Shown: positions 11,756 through 23,984 of the stretch, piece by piece
How positions within the stretch are numbered: position 1 is the first letter of the stretch
How the letters are laid out: every line of letters starts with the position of its first letter
Assembly (NCBI RefSeq): GCF_018977255.1
Contig: NW_024704742.1
Location: 134,418,001-134,482,000 of the forward strand
DNA: 64,000 nucleotides
DNA from: Callorhinchus milii
Taxonomy: Eukaryota
Reading direction: 5' to 3'
Notes under the pieces: generated by a model
What the model saw: only the letters and a program-made list of their open reading frames with translations
Databases searched by the model: none
Told to the model about the DNA's origin: nothing
Program-made: the position numbers and the translations under genes

Positions 11756-13760
11756 TAGAATCATAGAATCATAGAATCGTACAGCACAAAAAGAGGCCAT
11801 TCAGCCCATCAAGTCTGTGCCAGCTCTTTAATTAAGCAATTAATGTCACTTCCACTCCCCAGCCCGTTCCCCATAACCCTGCAAACCTGTCCTCTTCAAA
11901 TACCCGTCCACCGCGTTTTTAAAAGTAGTTATAGAATCGGCCTCGACCATCCTTTCAGGCAATGTATTCAAACAACTCGCTGCGTGAAAAACTTTCTTCT
12001 CACCTCCCCTCTGCTTCTTTTGGAGACTATTTTGAATCTGTGACCTCGAGTCACCGACACACCCATCAGTGGAAACAGTTTTTCTCTTTCTAACCCATCA
12101 AATCCCCTCATGATTTTGAAGACCTCTATTAAGTCTCCTCGTAACCTTCTCTGCTCCAATGAGAATAATCCCGACCTCTCCAGCCTTTCCTCATCATCAA
12201 GGTCCCTCATTCCTGGTACCATCCTCGTAAATCTCCTCTGCACCCTTTCCAATGCCTTAACATCCTTCCTACAGTGTGGTGCCCAGAACTGGGTGCAGTA
12301 TTCTAACTGAGGCCTAACCAGTGTTTTATATAGGTTAATCATAACCTCCTGACTCTTGCACTCTATATCCCTAATTATAAAGCCTAGTATCCCATGTGCC
12401 CTTTTTACAGACTTATCTACCTGTCCTGCCACTTTCAAGGATTCATTTACCTGCACCCCCAGATCTCTCTGTTCTTTAACCCCCCTTAAGATTGTATTAC
12501 CAGCCTGTATTGTCTCCCCTCATTCTTTCTACCAAAATGCATTACCTCGCATTTTTCCACAATGAAACTCATCTCAACTCGTGGAGTCCTGTAGCTCAGT
12601 GGTTAGAGCACTCGCTTTGCAAGCGAGAGACCTGAGTTCAATTCCAGACAGGGCGAAACCTTGGGCAAGTTTCCTTACTCCACACAGAGCCTAATAATAA
12701 TCCCTCCAAAACCAAAAACAATAATAAATTGGTCATTTTCAATCTACGACTGTTTGTGGGACATTGCTGTGCGCAATTGGCTGCCGCGTTTGCCAACAAA
12801 TATACAGTCAATTCACTTTACAGTGTGTTCTGTGAAGCGCTTTGGGATGTCCTCCCAACGTGAAAAGCGCTATATCAAATGCAAGGATTATTATTATTAT
12901 TATCTGCCATGTGTCTGCCCATTTTACCATTTGTCTATGTCTTCCTGCAGTTGGCTACTATCCTTCTCACTGTTTACTACCCTACCTAACTTTGTGTCGC
13001 TGCAAACTTGGAAACAGTGCTTGCTATACCCAAGTCCAGATCATTTATGTATATTAAGAGCAGTGGTCCTAATACCGATCCCCGGGGGACGCCACTATAC
13101 ACTTCCCTCCAGTCAGAAAAGCAGCTGTTCACCACAACTCTCTGCTTTCTGTATCCCAGTCAGTTCTGGATCCGTACTGCCACTGTCCCTTTTATACCAG
13201 GGGCTTCTATCTTTCTTACAAGTCTTTCATGTGGCACTTTCTCAAATGCCTTTTGAAAGTCCATATGAACTACATCAACTGCACTACCTTTATCCGCCCT
13301 CTCCGTTACCTCATCGAAAAATTCTCTTAGATTTGTTAGACAAGATTTGCCTTTAACAAATCCATGTTGGCTGTCCCTAATTAACCCATATTTTTCTAGG
13401 TGAAGATTTATTCTGTCCCGGATTATAGTCTCCAGGAGGGTTTCTCCAGTTTCCCCACTACTGATGTTAGGCTGACTGGCCTGTAGTTCCCAGGTTTATC
13501 CTTCTGTCACTTTTTGTACAGGGAAGTCACATTGGCCACTCTCCAGTCCTCCGGCACCACTCCTGTGTCCAACGAAGGTTGAAAAATTGTAGCCAAAGCC
13601 TCCGCTATTTGTATCTGTGCCTCCCATAGTAATCTTGGTTGCATCCCGTCTGGACCGGGCGACTTATCTACCTTCAGCGCAGTCAACCTTTTCAGTACTT
13701 CCTCTCTGTTTATACTTATCCTATCCATTTCCTCTACCCTCTCCTCCGATACTGCAGCAT
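11756..13760 (-). mobile_element. CR1 LINE, 5'-truncated and degenerate, interrupted by a SINE
   Basis: (ATTCTATG)n 3' tail at 11756-11778. ORF2 peptides LYKTLVRPQLEYC..W.P, RRLRGDLIEVFKIM and KSPGPDG..PEDWRVANVT. Confidence 0.92.
12581..12903 (+). mobile_element. Full-length young tRNA-derived SINE (short subfamily) nested in CR1
   Basis: A box TAGCTCAGTGG, B box GTTCAATTCC, L2-like 3' end, (ATT)n tail; ATCT is repeated either side. Confidence 0.92.
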
Positions 13761-13846
13761 TTGGTGCACAGCTTAGTTGTGCCTCAGATTACCAGATGCT
13801 TAAGACACCTGTGAGCCCAAAATAAGTGTCAAATTTCCAAACTTAC

Positions 13847-13897
13847 CGGTAAATGGTTAAGAGGTACGTCAACTTGTCCCAGGAAATCATCTCTCGT
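13847..13897 (-). CDS. NEDD4L: NEDD4L exon (51 nt, TRDDFLGQVDVPLNHLP)
   Basis: ttcttcacag|ACGAGAGATGATTTCCTGGGA...CATTTACCG|gtaagt, phase 0/0. Confidence 0.95.
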
Positions 13898-14139
13898 CTG
13901 TGAAGAAAATAAAGACATTTTAGTGAGAATTTACTGGGAACAGAAAACTTGACAAATAATCCCTGTTTTGGTAGATTTTAACTACATTTATGCCAATCCA
14001 TATGGGGAAACAACATAACACTTGTCTCACAAGATTAGTTTGGATGAAGAAAGCACTTCAGTATATCTCAGCTCAGCAATGTTAAGAGAACAGGAGGGAT
14101 CTCATAGATATATACAAAATTTAAAACGTGTTTTAAGGA

Positions 14140-14348
14140 GGATCTGGGTTCGATTCCCTGGAGGGCCAAAACTTAGGCAAGTTTACTTACTCCACATACC
14201 TCTGTTTACCGAGCTCAATTAAACTCAATTAGTCATTCAATTCACAATGTTTGTGGGACACTGCTGTATATTCTGTATAGTGCTTTGAGACATCGCAACA
14301 ACGTGATAAGGTGCTATATCAAATGCAAGGATTCTTTTTATTATTATT
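14140..14348 (+). mobile_element. SINE, internally deleted
   Basis: B box GTTCGATTCC, gcaagttt..tactccac and tail. Confidence 0.8.
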
Positions 14349-16196
14349 GTTGAAAAAGTAAACCCAGATCAACACTTTAGGAGAAGAGGGACTTTGAGTT
14401 GTCAACAGCAAGGTCAGGACAAATGACAGGAAGTGTTTCCCTTACGCAGAGGACAATCCACAACTGGAACAGGTTGCCAGCAAAGATGGTAGAACATTAG
14501 ACTCATTTAAAAAACAGCTTATTCCATAGACGGGCAGGCCAAGAGTTCTGAAGAGATCAGATCAGATTCTTCATCCAGATCAATTGTGTGATCTCATCTC
14601 ATCCTTCACCACAGCAATGAGTTACTTTTTTTAAAAATGAGTCACAGTATCCTGGCCCCAACCACCCAACCTATTCCAGCCATTAATTAGCCTGTAGATG
14701 AAGACAAAACTTCCTGATCTTGTCCTTCGCACTAAACCTTTGTCCTCTTGTTCCACTGGTTTGGTGAATCTTAAAGCATTGATCTAGGTTTACTTTGTCA
14801 ATCCCATTTTTAATTTAACACACTTCTATTAGATCCATTCTGAGACATCTTCTCTCAAGACTGAAGAGCCCAGCTTCCACACACATACACACACACAGAC
14901 ACCCACTGGCGTACGCTTAATCTGCAAGGGAAACATGACCTGGATAACAGACATTTCAAAGCACAACTCTGGAAATAAAAAAAAAGTTTCTTGCGTGTGC
15001 GCGCTCCTGTGCACATTGGGAATGGAGGGTGAGAAGAAGAGAATAAAAGGAGAGATGAGCCATGGAGTCGTAGTGGGTTATAACATGGAGCATCGTAACA
15101 TGTGTACAGCATGTGATGTTGGAGGGGGCAGGAGGAGGGAAAGTAAAGCCAACAACAAGTGAAAGCAAAGTGTTGCTTCCTTATAGGCCGTGAATTCATG
15201 AAAGTCATCCCAGGTTAACAATGCCCGGTTTCCCGGAGGCGAGAAGCAGCAAAGATGAGCCCACGGATAGCTGACAACCCTTTCTCACAGCGATGCAAAC
15301 GTCAATTAAAGATCTGAAGCCACAGGAGGAGGAGGAGGAGGATTGATCAGTGGAGGGAAGAGAATAATAAAAAATATGGGTGAGCAGTACTACCCTCAAC
15401 GTTAACCAATAACTGAGCTTTCCAGCAGCTCTTGTTTAATCTCTGTATGTCAATTCAGAAAGGAACTTAATAAGATGTTGAGTAGAGCTACACAGGCTAT
15501 TAATACGCCCCTTTCACTCCCCTCCCTCCCTGTCAAAACGCCTGGAAATTTCCAGCACTTCACAATGAAATCTTGCCAAGTGCCTTTGAGACATCTCGGC
15601 GACATGATAAGCCACTATGAATGCAAGTCGCTGTTGTTGTCTATCGAAAGCAAGGATTATTATTATTGCTGATTATGAAAAAGAAGTAAAAGGCAGCTGC
15701 AATAGAACATTTTGCTACACACAAACAGTCCAGCATCATAGTCTGGTTCTTCCGTCAGTTCATAATTTTCAGCCTCTAATAATAGCCTTGACACTGAAAA
15801 TAAGGTGTTTGACTGGAGTTCCATTCATTTACAGTAAAATATTGTGAAGAGCGTTGAGACGCCTCAACGACGTGATAAGATGCTTATTCAAATGTTTTAA
15901 ATGCAAGGATTATTCTGAGTACCATAAATATATACAACCCGGGAAGTAAATAGAGGTAGTCTTCAGTAAGTTGTGAGCCGCACCACTTATTTTTTAAGCC
16001 GCACATTAATGGACCAGAGGCCTGAAATGCCACCCAGTCTTGGCCTGAGTTCAAAGCCCATTTTGTCTAAGGTTTCCGTAGAACTCTCCGTCTGTTTCAG
16101 ACGGGGACTGATTCCCCAGTGTGTCAGTCACACAGCTGACCAAGTAAATCATCCTGGAGGGAATGATTTCAGGCCAGGGACAGCAACAACAATTAC

Positions 16197-16365
16197 AAAA
16201 TGCAAAATACTGCAGATGCAGGAAATCTGAAACAAAAACAGAACACTCAGCAGGTCGGGCTATATTTTCCATATTTTCTATGAAGAAAGGAAACCAGAGT
16301 CAACGTTTCGGGTCCACGACCCTTCGTCAGAACTGGGGCAATTTGGGAGGGAGAGACTTTTAAGG
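16197..16365 (-). mobile_element. Penelope-like element terminal fragment
   Basis: aaaatactgcagatgcaggaaatctgaaac...ctcagcaggtc...aacgtttcgggtc...cttcgtcagaactgg matches the abundant chondrichthyan PLE end as I recall it; carries a hammerhead core. Confidence 0.7.
16294..16336 (-). ncRNA. Minimal type I hammerhead ribozyme motif
   Basis: CCAGUU-CUGACGA-A-GGGUC-GUG-GACCC-GAAA-CG-UU-GACUCUGG: both core boxes, 5-bp stem II, stem I AGUU/GACU. Confidence 0.65.
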
Positions 16366-16742
16366 ATTAACAGCTAACAAGCTACCTGACCCTGGGATGG
16401 ATGGGGGCAGGGGGGGCTTGGGAAGAGCTACAGCATTGAAATTGTTTCCCAAACTACCCTTCTGACGCAGGCAAGGAGGTTAGCAAATGGGGGGAGGGAG
16501 GAGAGAGAGAGAGAGGGAGGGGAAAAAGACAGAAGATTAAAGACAACTTTTTTTAAGAAAAGAAGTATGGATCAATACATCAATTCTTCATTTTGAGGAA
16601 TTAAGTAGAAACCTGGTTGTTAGTTGGTTGGTGTAATAGTCCCTCAAGAAGTTAAACTGAGCTCTCGATCTGTGCCCTGTTCAATTGAATTCCCCATCTA
16701 TGCCATGTCCCGACAAGGGAAGAAAGTTATCTCTCCAGATAA

Positions 16743-17045
16743 AATAATATAAATAATCCCTGCATTTGATATAGCACTTTTCATGTCTTCGAGAATATAC
16801 TGTAAAGTGAATTGACTGTTTATTGTGGGCGAAACGCGGCAGCCAATTGCGCACAGCAGCGTCCCGCAAACAGTCGTGGGTTCAAAATGACCAATTCTAT
16901 TATTGTTTTTTCTTTTTTTTCTTGAGGGATTATTATCAGGGGTGTGGAGTAAGGAAACTTGCCCAAGGTTTTGCCCTAACAGGAATCGAACCCAGGTCTA
17001 TCGCTTGCGAAGCGAGTGCTCTAACCACCGAGCTACAGGACTCCC
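16743..17045 (-). mobile_element. SINE (short subfamily)
   Basis: Head gagctacaggactcc is tandemly duplicated at its 5' end; body and tail present. Confidence 0.88.
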
Positions 17046-19204
17046 GAGTTACAGGACTCCTCCTTGGTCACTCACTTCACAGCTGTTTTGGGATACTGCT
17101 GTGTACAAATTGGCTGGCTGATCTCAAATCACACCTCTTTCAGTCATCTTTCTCCTCTCCACTCCTGGGCTCCCACCCACAGCTTGGATGCCCGTCCAGC
17201 ACTGTGAAACACTTTGAGACATTCTCCCGACATGAAAGATGCTATATGAATGTAAATTGTACTGTATTACATTGTAATACGCTCAATACACTGTGACCCC
17301 TGACATACAATTCACCATTTTCAAATCTACAAAAATAAATTCTGTGATTAAACCATCAACACTCACACAAAAGAAATTGTACAGAGAGTCACTCTCGTCT
17401 CTTCGTGGCTACCGTAGGGTTAGGCATTCCCCAATACATTGTGCTTTGTTCCTCTACAAACACAGGCTCCGCTTAAGAGAGGTGATCCTGACCCATTCCA
17501 ACAAGCTATCACTGCAATTTCCATGTGTAGGAAATCTCAGCTTGGTTTGGATACTCTTAAGCCTGGCAATGGGTTTCCCCATGTTTCAGACACCCGGCTG
17601 ACAAAAAAAAAGAGGCAATCCGAAAAACAGCCTCTTACCTTCGTCCTGGAGTTCTGCTATCGGTTTTGGGGGGGGGGGGGAATGAAAATAGCGGGGAAAA
17701 AACGGGAGGACTCCTGGGCTGTACTACTCTCAGTTACTATCAAATATAAACAAGGCAAACAGGATTCTGAGCAGTATTGTCGTATCAGTTGAGTTCAGAT
17801 CCCAAGAAGCCAAAATCAAGCAAAACACAAGATGGGGAGCCCGGGCCCTAGAGGCAGTGCAAGAGGAGAGTAGTGAGGACAATTCCCAGTGTTAGGAGCA
17901 TTGATTGATCAGCTAAAGCTCTTCAGTCTTGAAAAGGAACCTTACAGAGACGCTTTCCTCTAAATTAACATTTTTTTAAAAAAAAATACTAATTTCATTT
18001 ATGGGGACACTGCTGGCACAGATCAGCTCCAAATCCGCCAAAATTATTCACTTTCATTTCGAATATGTTCTGTAAAGCACTCTGGGGACCAGCACTTTAT
18101 GCAAAAGGAGCAACAAACTGTAAATACAAACTCATTACAACAATATGCTTTGGATGAAACAATAACCCAAGGTCCTATCTATCTGTTCAGGGGGGTGTTA
18201 AAAGATCCCGTAGCACTACTTGAAAAGAGAAGAGTTTCTCCTAGTGTCTTCGTGAGCAAATTGGTTACTGTGTTCGCCTACAATCACCACATGTCACAGT
18301 CAAATCCTGCTAATACAATACAAACGTAAAAGTATATACATTTACATTTCACGTGGTCCCGATATGAAAGGCGCTAAACACACAAGGATTATTCTAAATA
18401 AAAAAATTAGTCATTCGCTTTATGGGACATTTCACCTTCAAAGATACACAACTTGACATGAATCTTATGAAGCATTCTGAGATGTTTCTACGGCATGATA
18501 TCAAATTCAAGGATTATGCAAGCGCTCTTATATACTCTAATATACTCTATCCTTCCAAAATATACACCTGAACCAGTTAATTCACTTTACAGGATATTCT
18601 GTGAAGCCCTTTGAGACATCTCACCAATGTGATTAGACACTATATCAAATACAAGGATATTTATCATTATTAATTTTTTTTCCTATCTCCTTCACTTCCC
18701 ACCCACCCCTTGTACCCAGCAAAAGTTATTCAAATGCTTTGAGACATCCTCCTGGTTATATAAATGTAAATGCTATTGATTCTTATGTAATAATATTTGC
18801 ATATTAAGAATATTGTGCACATAACAAATGAGACAACTAAGTACAATATAGGGAACACATTCAGCAAAATCTTTCCCTGGTTTCCTCATCAAACATAGTT
18901 CCAGGCTGAAGATCAGAGAAGAAGGAGGTTTATTAAAATAAACTTTCAAAAAAATTAACTTTCAAAAAAGGAGTAAGTACGCTGCTGGAATTCAGATTGA
19001 TCCCTTTCTCCTCACAGGGTCATTATTCAGCACAGACCAATTTACTTCAAAGGAAGATCATTTTCCCAGCATGGTCGAAGGGCTCATAAAATGTATTCTT
19101 TCTGAAGCCCTATTTTTACTGCCTTCCTAATGCCACACTCCCTTTCAGTCAAAATGTCTGATGAACGCCTGGACATCAGACATGCATCGATTCCCAGGCG
19201 AAAG

Positions 19205-19492
19205 TAATAATAAACCTTACATGGGATAGGGTTTTTCACATCAGGAAGACGTCCCAAAGCACTTTATAGGATGTTCCGTGAAGTGCAATGACTGTGTTTT
19301 GTGGGTGAATATGGCAGCCAATTTGCACACAGTAATGTTCCACAAAGAGCCATAATGTGAATGATTGATTTCATTTGAAGGATTGTTGACTAGGACAGGG
19401 GGAGAAACTCCTTCTCCTTTTGAATAGTTCCAAGGGACCTTTAACATCCACCTGAATAGACAGGTGGGGCCTTGGTTCAACATCTAATCCAA
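19205..19492 (-). mobile_element. Older DeuSINE
   Basis: Deu core plus L2-like tail. Confidence 0.75.
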
Positions 19493-19924
19493 AGAACAGA
19501 AAATTAACACATCGCTGCGTCACTATTTTGACTCAAATTTCGACCTCAAATGGGCAATGAAACTAAGGCTATTTCAAATTGTAGCACAGTAGAGCCCAGT
19601 TATAACATAGTGGTTGGTGTGATGTGTGATAAAAATGCTCAACTTCCAGTCTTGAGCTCTCCACTGATATTACTTCCTGTGGACCACACATGCTGATACT
19701 GACTGCAACTTACTCTTCCCCAAGACAGAAGACTGTACAAGGCAAGTTTCCGTCCTGCTTTTCTTCCCTCCCCAGCCATTGTAAAGGTCAATCCTCCCAC
19801 TAACAAGGTACTTACTACCTACTTCATATAGATATAGATTGCCTTATGGGCACATTCAATTCCAAACCAAGACTTTTTCTAGTGAACTGCAGATAAGCCT
19901 TAAGGCAATGATTCTGAATCCATC

Positions 19925-20335
19925 AGCCTGACTCAGTTGATAGTACTCTCACCTCCAGGTGGTGGGTTTGTGCCCCACATTAAGACCTTGAAATCCAGGT
20001 CTAGGCTGACACTCCAATACAGTGCTGGGGGGAAGTGGGTGGCAGGGATGCTGTAGGAAGTGCTACCCTCCGGATGAGACATTAAACCAAGATCCTGTCT
20101 ACCTTTTCAGGTGTCCACCTAAACAAGTAGACAGAACATTAAAGATCCCATGGCACAACCTGAAGAGAGAAAGCAGTTTCTCTCAGTGTCCTGGCCAACA
20201 ATTCACCAAACAAAATTAGTCAATATTCACTTCATGGCTGTTTATGGGTCATTGCTGTAAGCGAATTGGCTATTGCGTTCAACTCCACAATACGCAGTCA
20301 CTACACTTTGGAGTAAGTCCTGCAAAGCTCTTTGT
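19925..20335 (+). mobile_element. Older DeuSINE with tRNA-like head
   Basis: gactcagttgatagtactctcacctc head and Deu core. Confidence 0.75.
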
Positions 20336-21163
20336 GAGAGAGTGCACATTCCCTTTCAGACACAGGGCAATTTCCACGCATGGGTACTGTACATATGTGG
20401 AACTTTCAGTTTGGTTAGGATATTCTGAAGCACGTTGATAGGTTTCCGCAAATGTCAGACACCCGGCTGACCAGAAGAAATCATGGATCAAGTTTACATT
20501 CCACATTCTGCATTCTACCCGCTTATCACTGCATCACAGCAGCACGGCAGATTTGGACACTTTTAACGTCTTGTTCAGGAGAGACCAACAGCCTTTGGAA
20601 ATTTTCTCTGAATAAACCGCGGCTGTTTGTGGGACATTCATTGCTGTACCCACAAATTGGCCGCCACATTCACCCACAAAACACACACAATCACTGTACT
20701 TTACAGTATATCGTGTGAAGCGCTTTGAGGTGTCCTCCTGACATGAAAGACACTATCGCAAATGTAAGGATTATTAATTATATCCGACTTGTAGGACGAC
20801 ACTAAGTATTCAAAGAGGCAATTGAGCCCACCTATAATAATAATCCTTGCATTTGATATAGCACCTTATCACGTTGTCAAGACGTCTCAAAGTACTCCAC
20901 AGGATATAATGTAAAGTGGATTGAATGTGTATTTTGTGGATGAAACTGAACACAATTGTGGCAAGATTGTGAATTTCAAAGCTGCACTAATAAAAAAAAT
21001 TCATACCAGTTTAAAGATCACATCAATTTATTCTGATTTCCAAGGCAGTAAGCAGCACGCACATACATTTGCATCAATCCCAGGACACAAATCGATGAGC
21101 AAATATCACTCACTTGTTGTAACATCTACGCTGCAAAGGAACAGATACTGAAAGTCAATATTC

Positions 21164-21797
21164 GTGGAGTCCTGTAGCTCAGTGGCCAAAGCAATCGCCT
21201 CGCAAGCGACAAACCCGGGTTCGATTCACGGAAGGGCGAAATGTTGGGCAAGTTTCCTTGCTCCACACACCTCTGTTTACCTAGCAGTAAGGAGGAACCA
21301 TGTTGTTAGTCAATTGGCAGATCGCTTTTCCGGGAATAATAATCCTTGCATTTGATATAGCGCTTTTCACGTCTTCTAGACATCTCAAAGCACTTCACAG
21401 AATATGATGTAAAGTGAACTGACCGTATATTTGTGGGCTAAACGCGGCAGCCAATTGCTTACAGCATTGTCCCACAAAAAGTCGTGGATTGAAAATGACC
21501 AATTTATTATTGTTTTTTCTTTTGGAGGGATTATTATTAGGCATGTGGAGTAAGGAAACTTGCCTAAGGTTTCGCCCTCTGCCTGGAATTGAACCCAGAT
21601 AATTCCTTCCAAAACAAAAAATAATAAATCAGTCACTTCAATTCAAGACTGTTTGTGGGACATTGCTGTGTGCAGTTGGCTGCCACGTTTCGCCCACAAA
21701 ATATACAGTTAATTCACTGTACAGTACTGTACTGTGAAGCGCTTTGAGACGTCTAGAAGACTATATCAAATGCAAGGATTACTATTATTATTGTTGT
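21164..21797 (+). mobile_element. Long-subfamily SINE carrying a nested antisense SINE (21335-21598)
   Basis: The host reads to cgggaataataatcc, switches to a minus-strand copy, then resumes at ataattcc (21599). Confidence 0.85.
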
Positions 21798-23176
21798 TAT
21801 GCGCAGCCGCAATGAAATCCCCCACCTGAGTCTCTCCCCGTAACCAAAGCTTCGCATCCACCGAGCATCCACAATCAAACCTCCTGATAAAGATTGCACA
21901 GGGGAAACCCATCAACCCACTGTGAGCTAAAGCAGTTCGTTTTCCGTGGTCAATTCTGTCCGATTCCTGAAAAAGTCCAGGACTGGTGACATTACAGGAA
22001 ACCATAATAAATAAAATACAATTCTTGCATTTGAACTTGCATCATTGCAACGTCTCAAAGAGTTTTCACTGTAAAGTGACTGTGCATTTATAGGCGAACA
22101 CGACAGCCAAATTGTGCACAGTAATATTGTGCTCTTTCTCTTGCACACTCACTTTCTCTCCCTTGCACACTCAAAGAGATCTGATTGTGATCCAGTCACT
22201 CTCCCTCTCTCGCACACTTGCGCGGTTCTGACTGCAAACCAGTCTGTCTCTTTCTCCCTCACTCCCATGGTTCTAATTGCTAGCCAGTTTCTCTCTGTCT
22301 CATACAAACACACACGCACACACACGCACACAGAAATGCAGCAGCTAATTTGATGCTGGCAATGTTGGTGAGACCAGTCGAACTGCTTCACTACCACAAA
22401 CCTGGCAGATTGCAAAGCTTTTTTTTCAAGATAATATGTGAAGGTGCAAAAATATTTTTTTGTGAAAAAAAAAGTTAAAATAAAATAATCCACCCATGGA
22501 AGCCACACACCACAAAAAACCTACCGCCCAGAGCGGTGAAATCACTCAATCCCTTTCACCAGCGCAACCGAAGTTCGAGCTCCTTCTTCACTGTCCGAAC
22601 ACTCTCCAGGTTGCACAGATGACAGTATGGTCTGCATCAGATTGAAGAGATAGTCTAGCCCCCATTGACAGTGTTTACAGCAGTGTCTCACAACACGGAA
22701 TTGCGACCAAAACAAGACAGGTGCTGTTTGACAACAGACAAGTCAAATTCCCGGAAGAATAGAGGTAGGGAGTTTTAGGGAGAGTGATGGTTGGGGGAGT
22801 GAGAGGGAGAAGTGACCGTAAAAGTAATCCGTTTCAAAATTGTGAATTTTCCAAAATTCTGTGCAGTCTTAAATTTTATGACAAAGCAACAACTCACATT
22901 TACATATCACCTTTTCACACAGGTTAGGGATTTTTTTTTCCCCCTAAAATTATGATCGCTCAGCATAGCAGTAAATTCTTAAATTATACCTGAATTTGGA
23001 AGATGTCTCTTTTTGATAGAAAAAAATGCAGAAAAACAACTATCGAGGTCAGCACTGAATTTAAGATTTTAGCACAATTCAGTATGATCTTAAAACGGGT
23101 CAGTCTGGAGAGGCACCACAAACAGGAGGTTAAGTTGCATAACAATTACTTGATGAGAAACTATATTAAATGCTAT

Positions 23177-23495
23177 TGTGGAGACCCGTAGTGCAGTGGT
23201 TAGCATTCTCGCCTCACAAGCAAGAGGACCAGGGGTCGATTCTAGTCAAAACCTTAGGCAAGTTTCCTTACTCCATACATCTCTATTTACCCAGCAGTAA
23301 GTAGGAACCTGGTTGTTTGTTGAAAAAAAATTGGTCACTCAATCCGCGACTGTTTGTGGACGCTGCTGTGCACAATTGATTGTTGGATTTCATTTGCCAA
23401 ATACAGTCAAACCACTTTACAATATATTCTGTGAAGCGCTTTGAGACGTCATGACATGATAAAGGGCTATATCAAATCCTAGGATTATTATTATT
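23177..23495 (+). mobile_element. SINE (long subfamily) followed by an inverted tail fragment (23550-23607)
   Basis: Head, body and (ATT)n tail. Confidence 0.85.
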
Positions 23496-23984
23496 ATAAT
23501 AATAATCTTCTCCCTCTCTCTCCCCCAGCCATCACTCTCCCTAACACAGAGCCTTATCTTGTCATCATGACGTCTCAAAGCGCTTCACAGGATATACTGT
23601 AAAGTGATACAACCGTGCGAATGACAGTGACTGGATGTGACTATCTTCTTTTCTTATTGTGGATGTTTTAATGCTCGATTCTGAACTAAGAGTATTAACA
23701 GAAGATCATTGTGCAGCAAGGTTTGAGACCGGGAAAGACTAGTACGTACAAGTGTCCCTGGCTACCACAGCCAACACGCTTCAGCTGTTCACTGAAAGCT
23801 AAGAGAAAAAAACAGCTGCGTGTTTTATAAGAAGTGACTGCCAGATAGCGATCGCTATTAAAGAAATGGCCAACTTCCCAGTTCCTCCCAATAAAAGCTG
23901 CAGTCTATCCAGACCTTTTCAGCCCGTGTCCTCTCTGGCCATTAACCCCATCAAAATCCAACTTAAAACTCATCTTTTTGACCA

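Noticed and set aside
12585..12655. tRNA-Ala gene
   Set aside because: The acceptor stem is not formed, there is no T-run terminator, and the sequence continues into the SINE body.
12661..13356. Recurrent ORFs MGKFPYSTQSLIIIPPKPK... (also 32832-33083 and 43545-43727) that look like a gene family
   Set aside because: They are translations of the same SINE consensus with non-ATG starts; no protein homology is evident.
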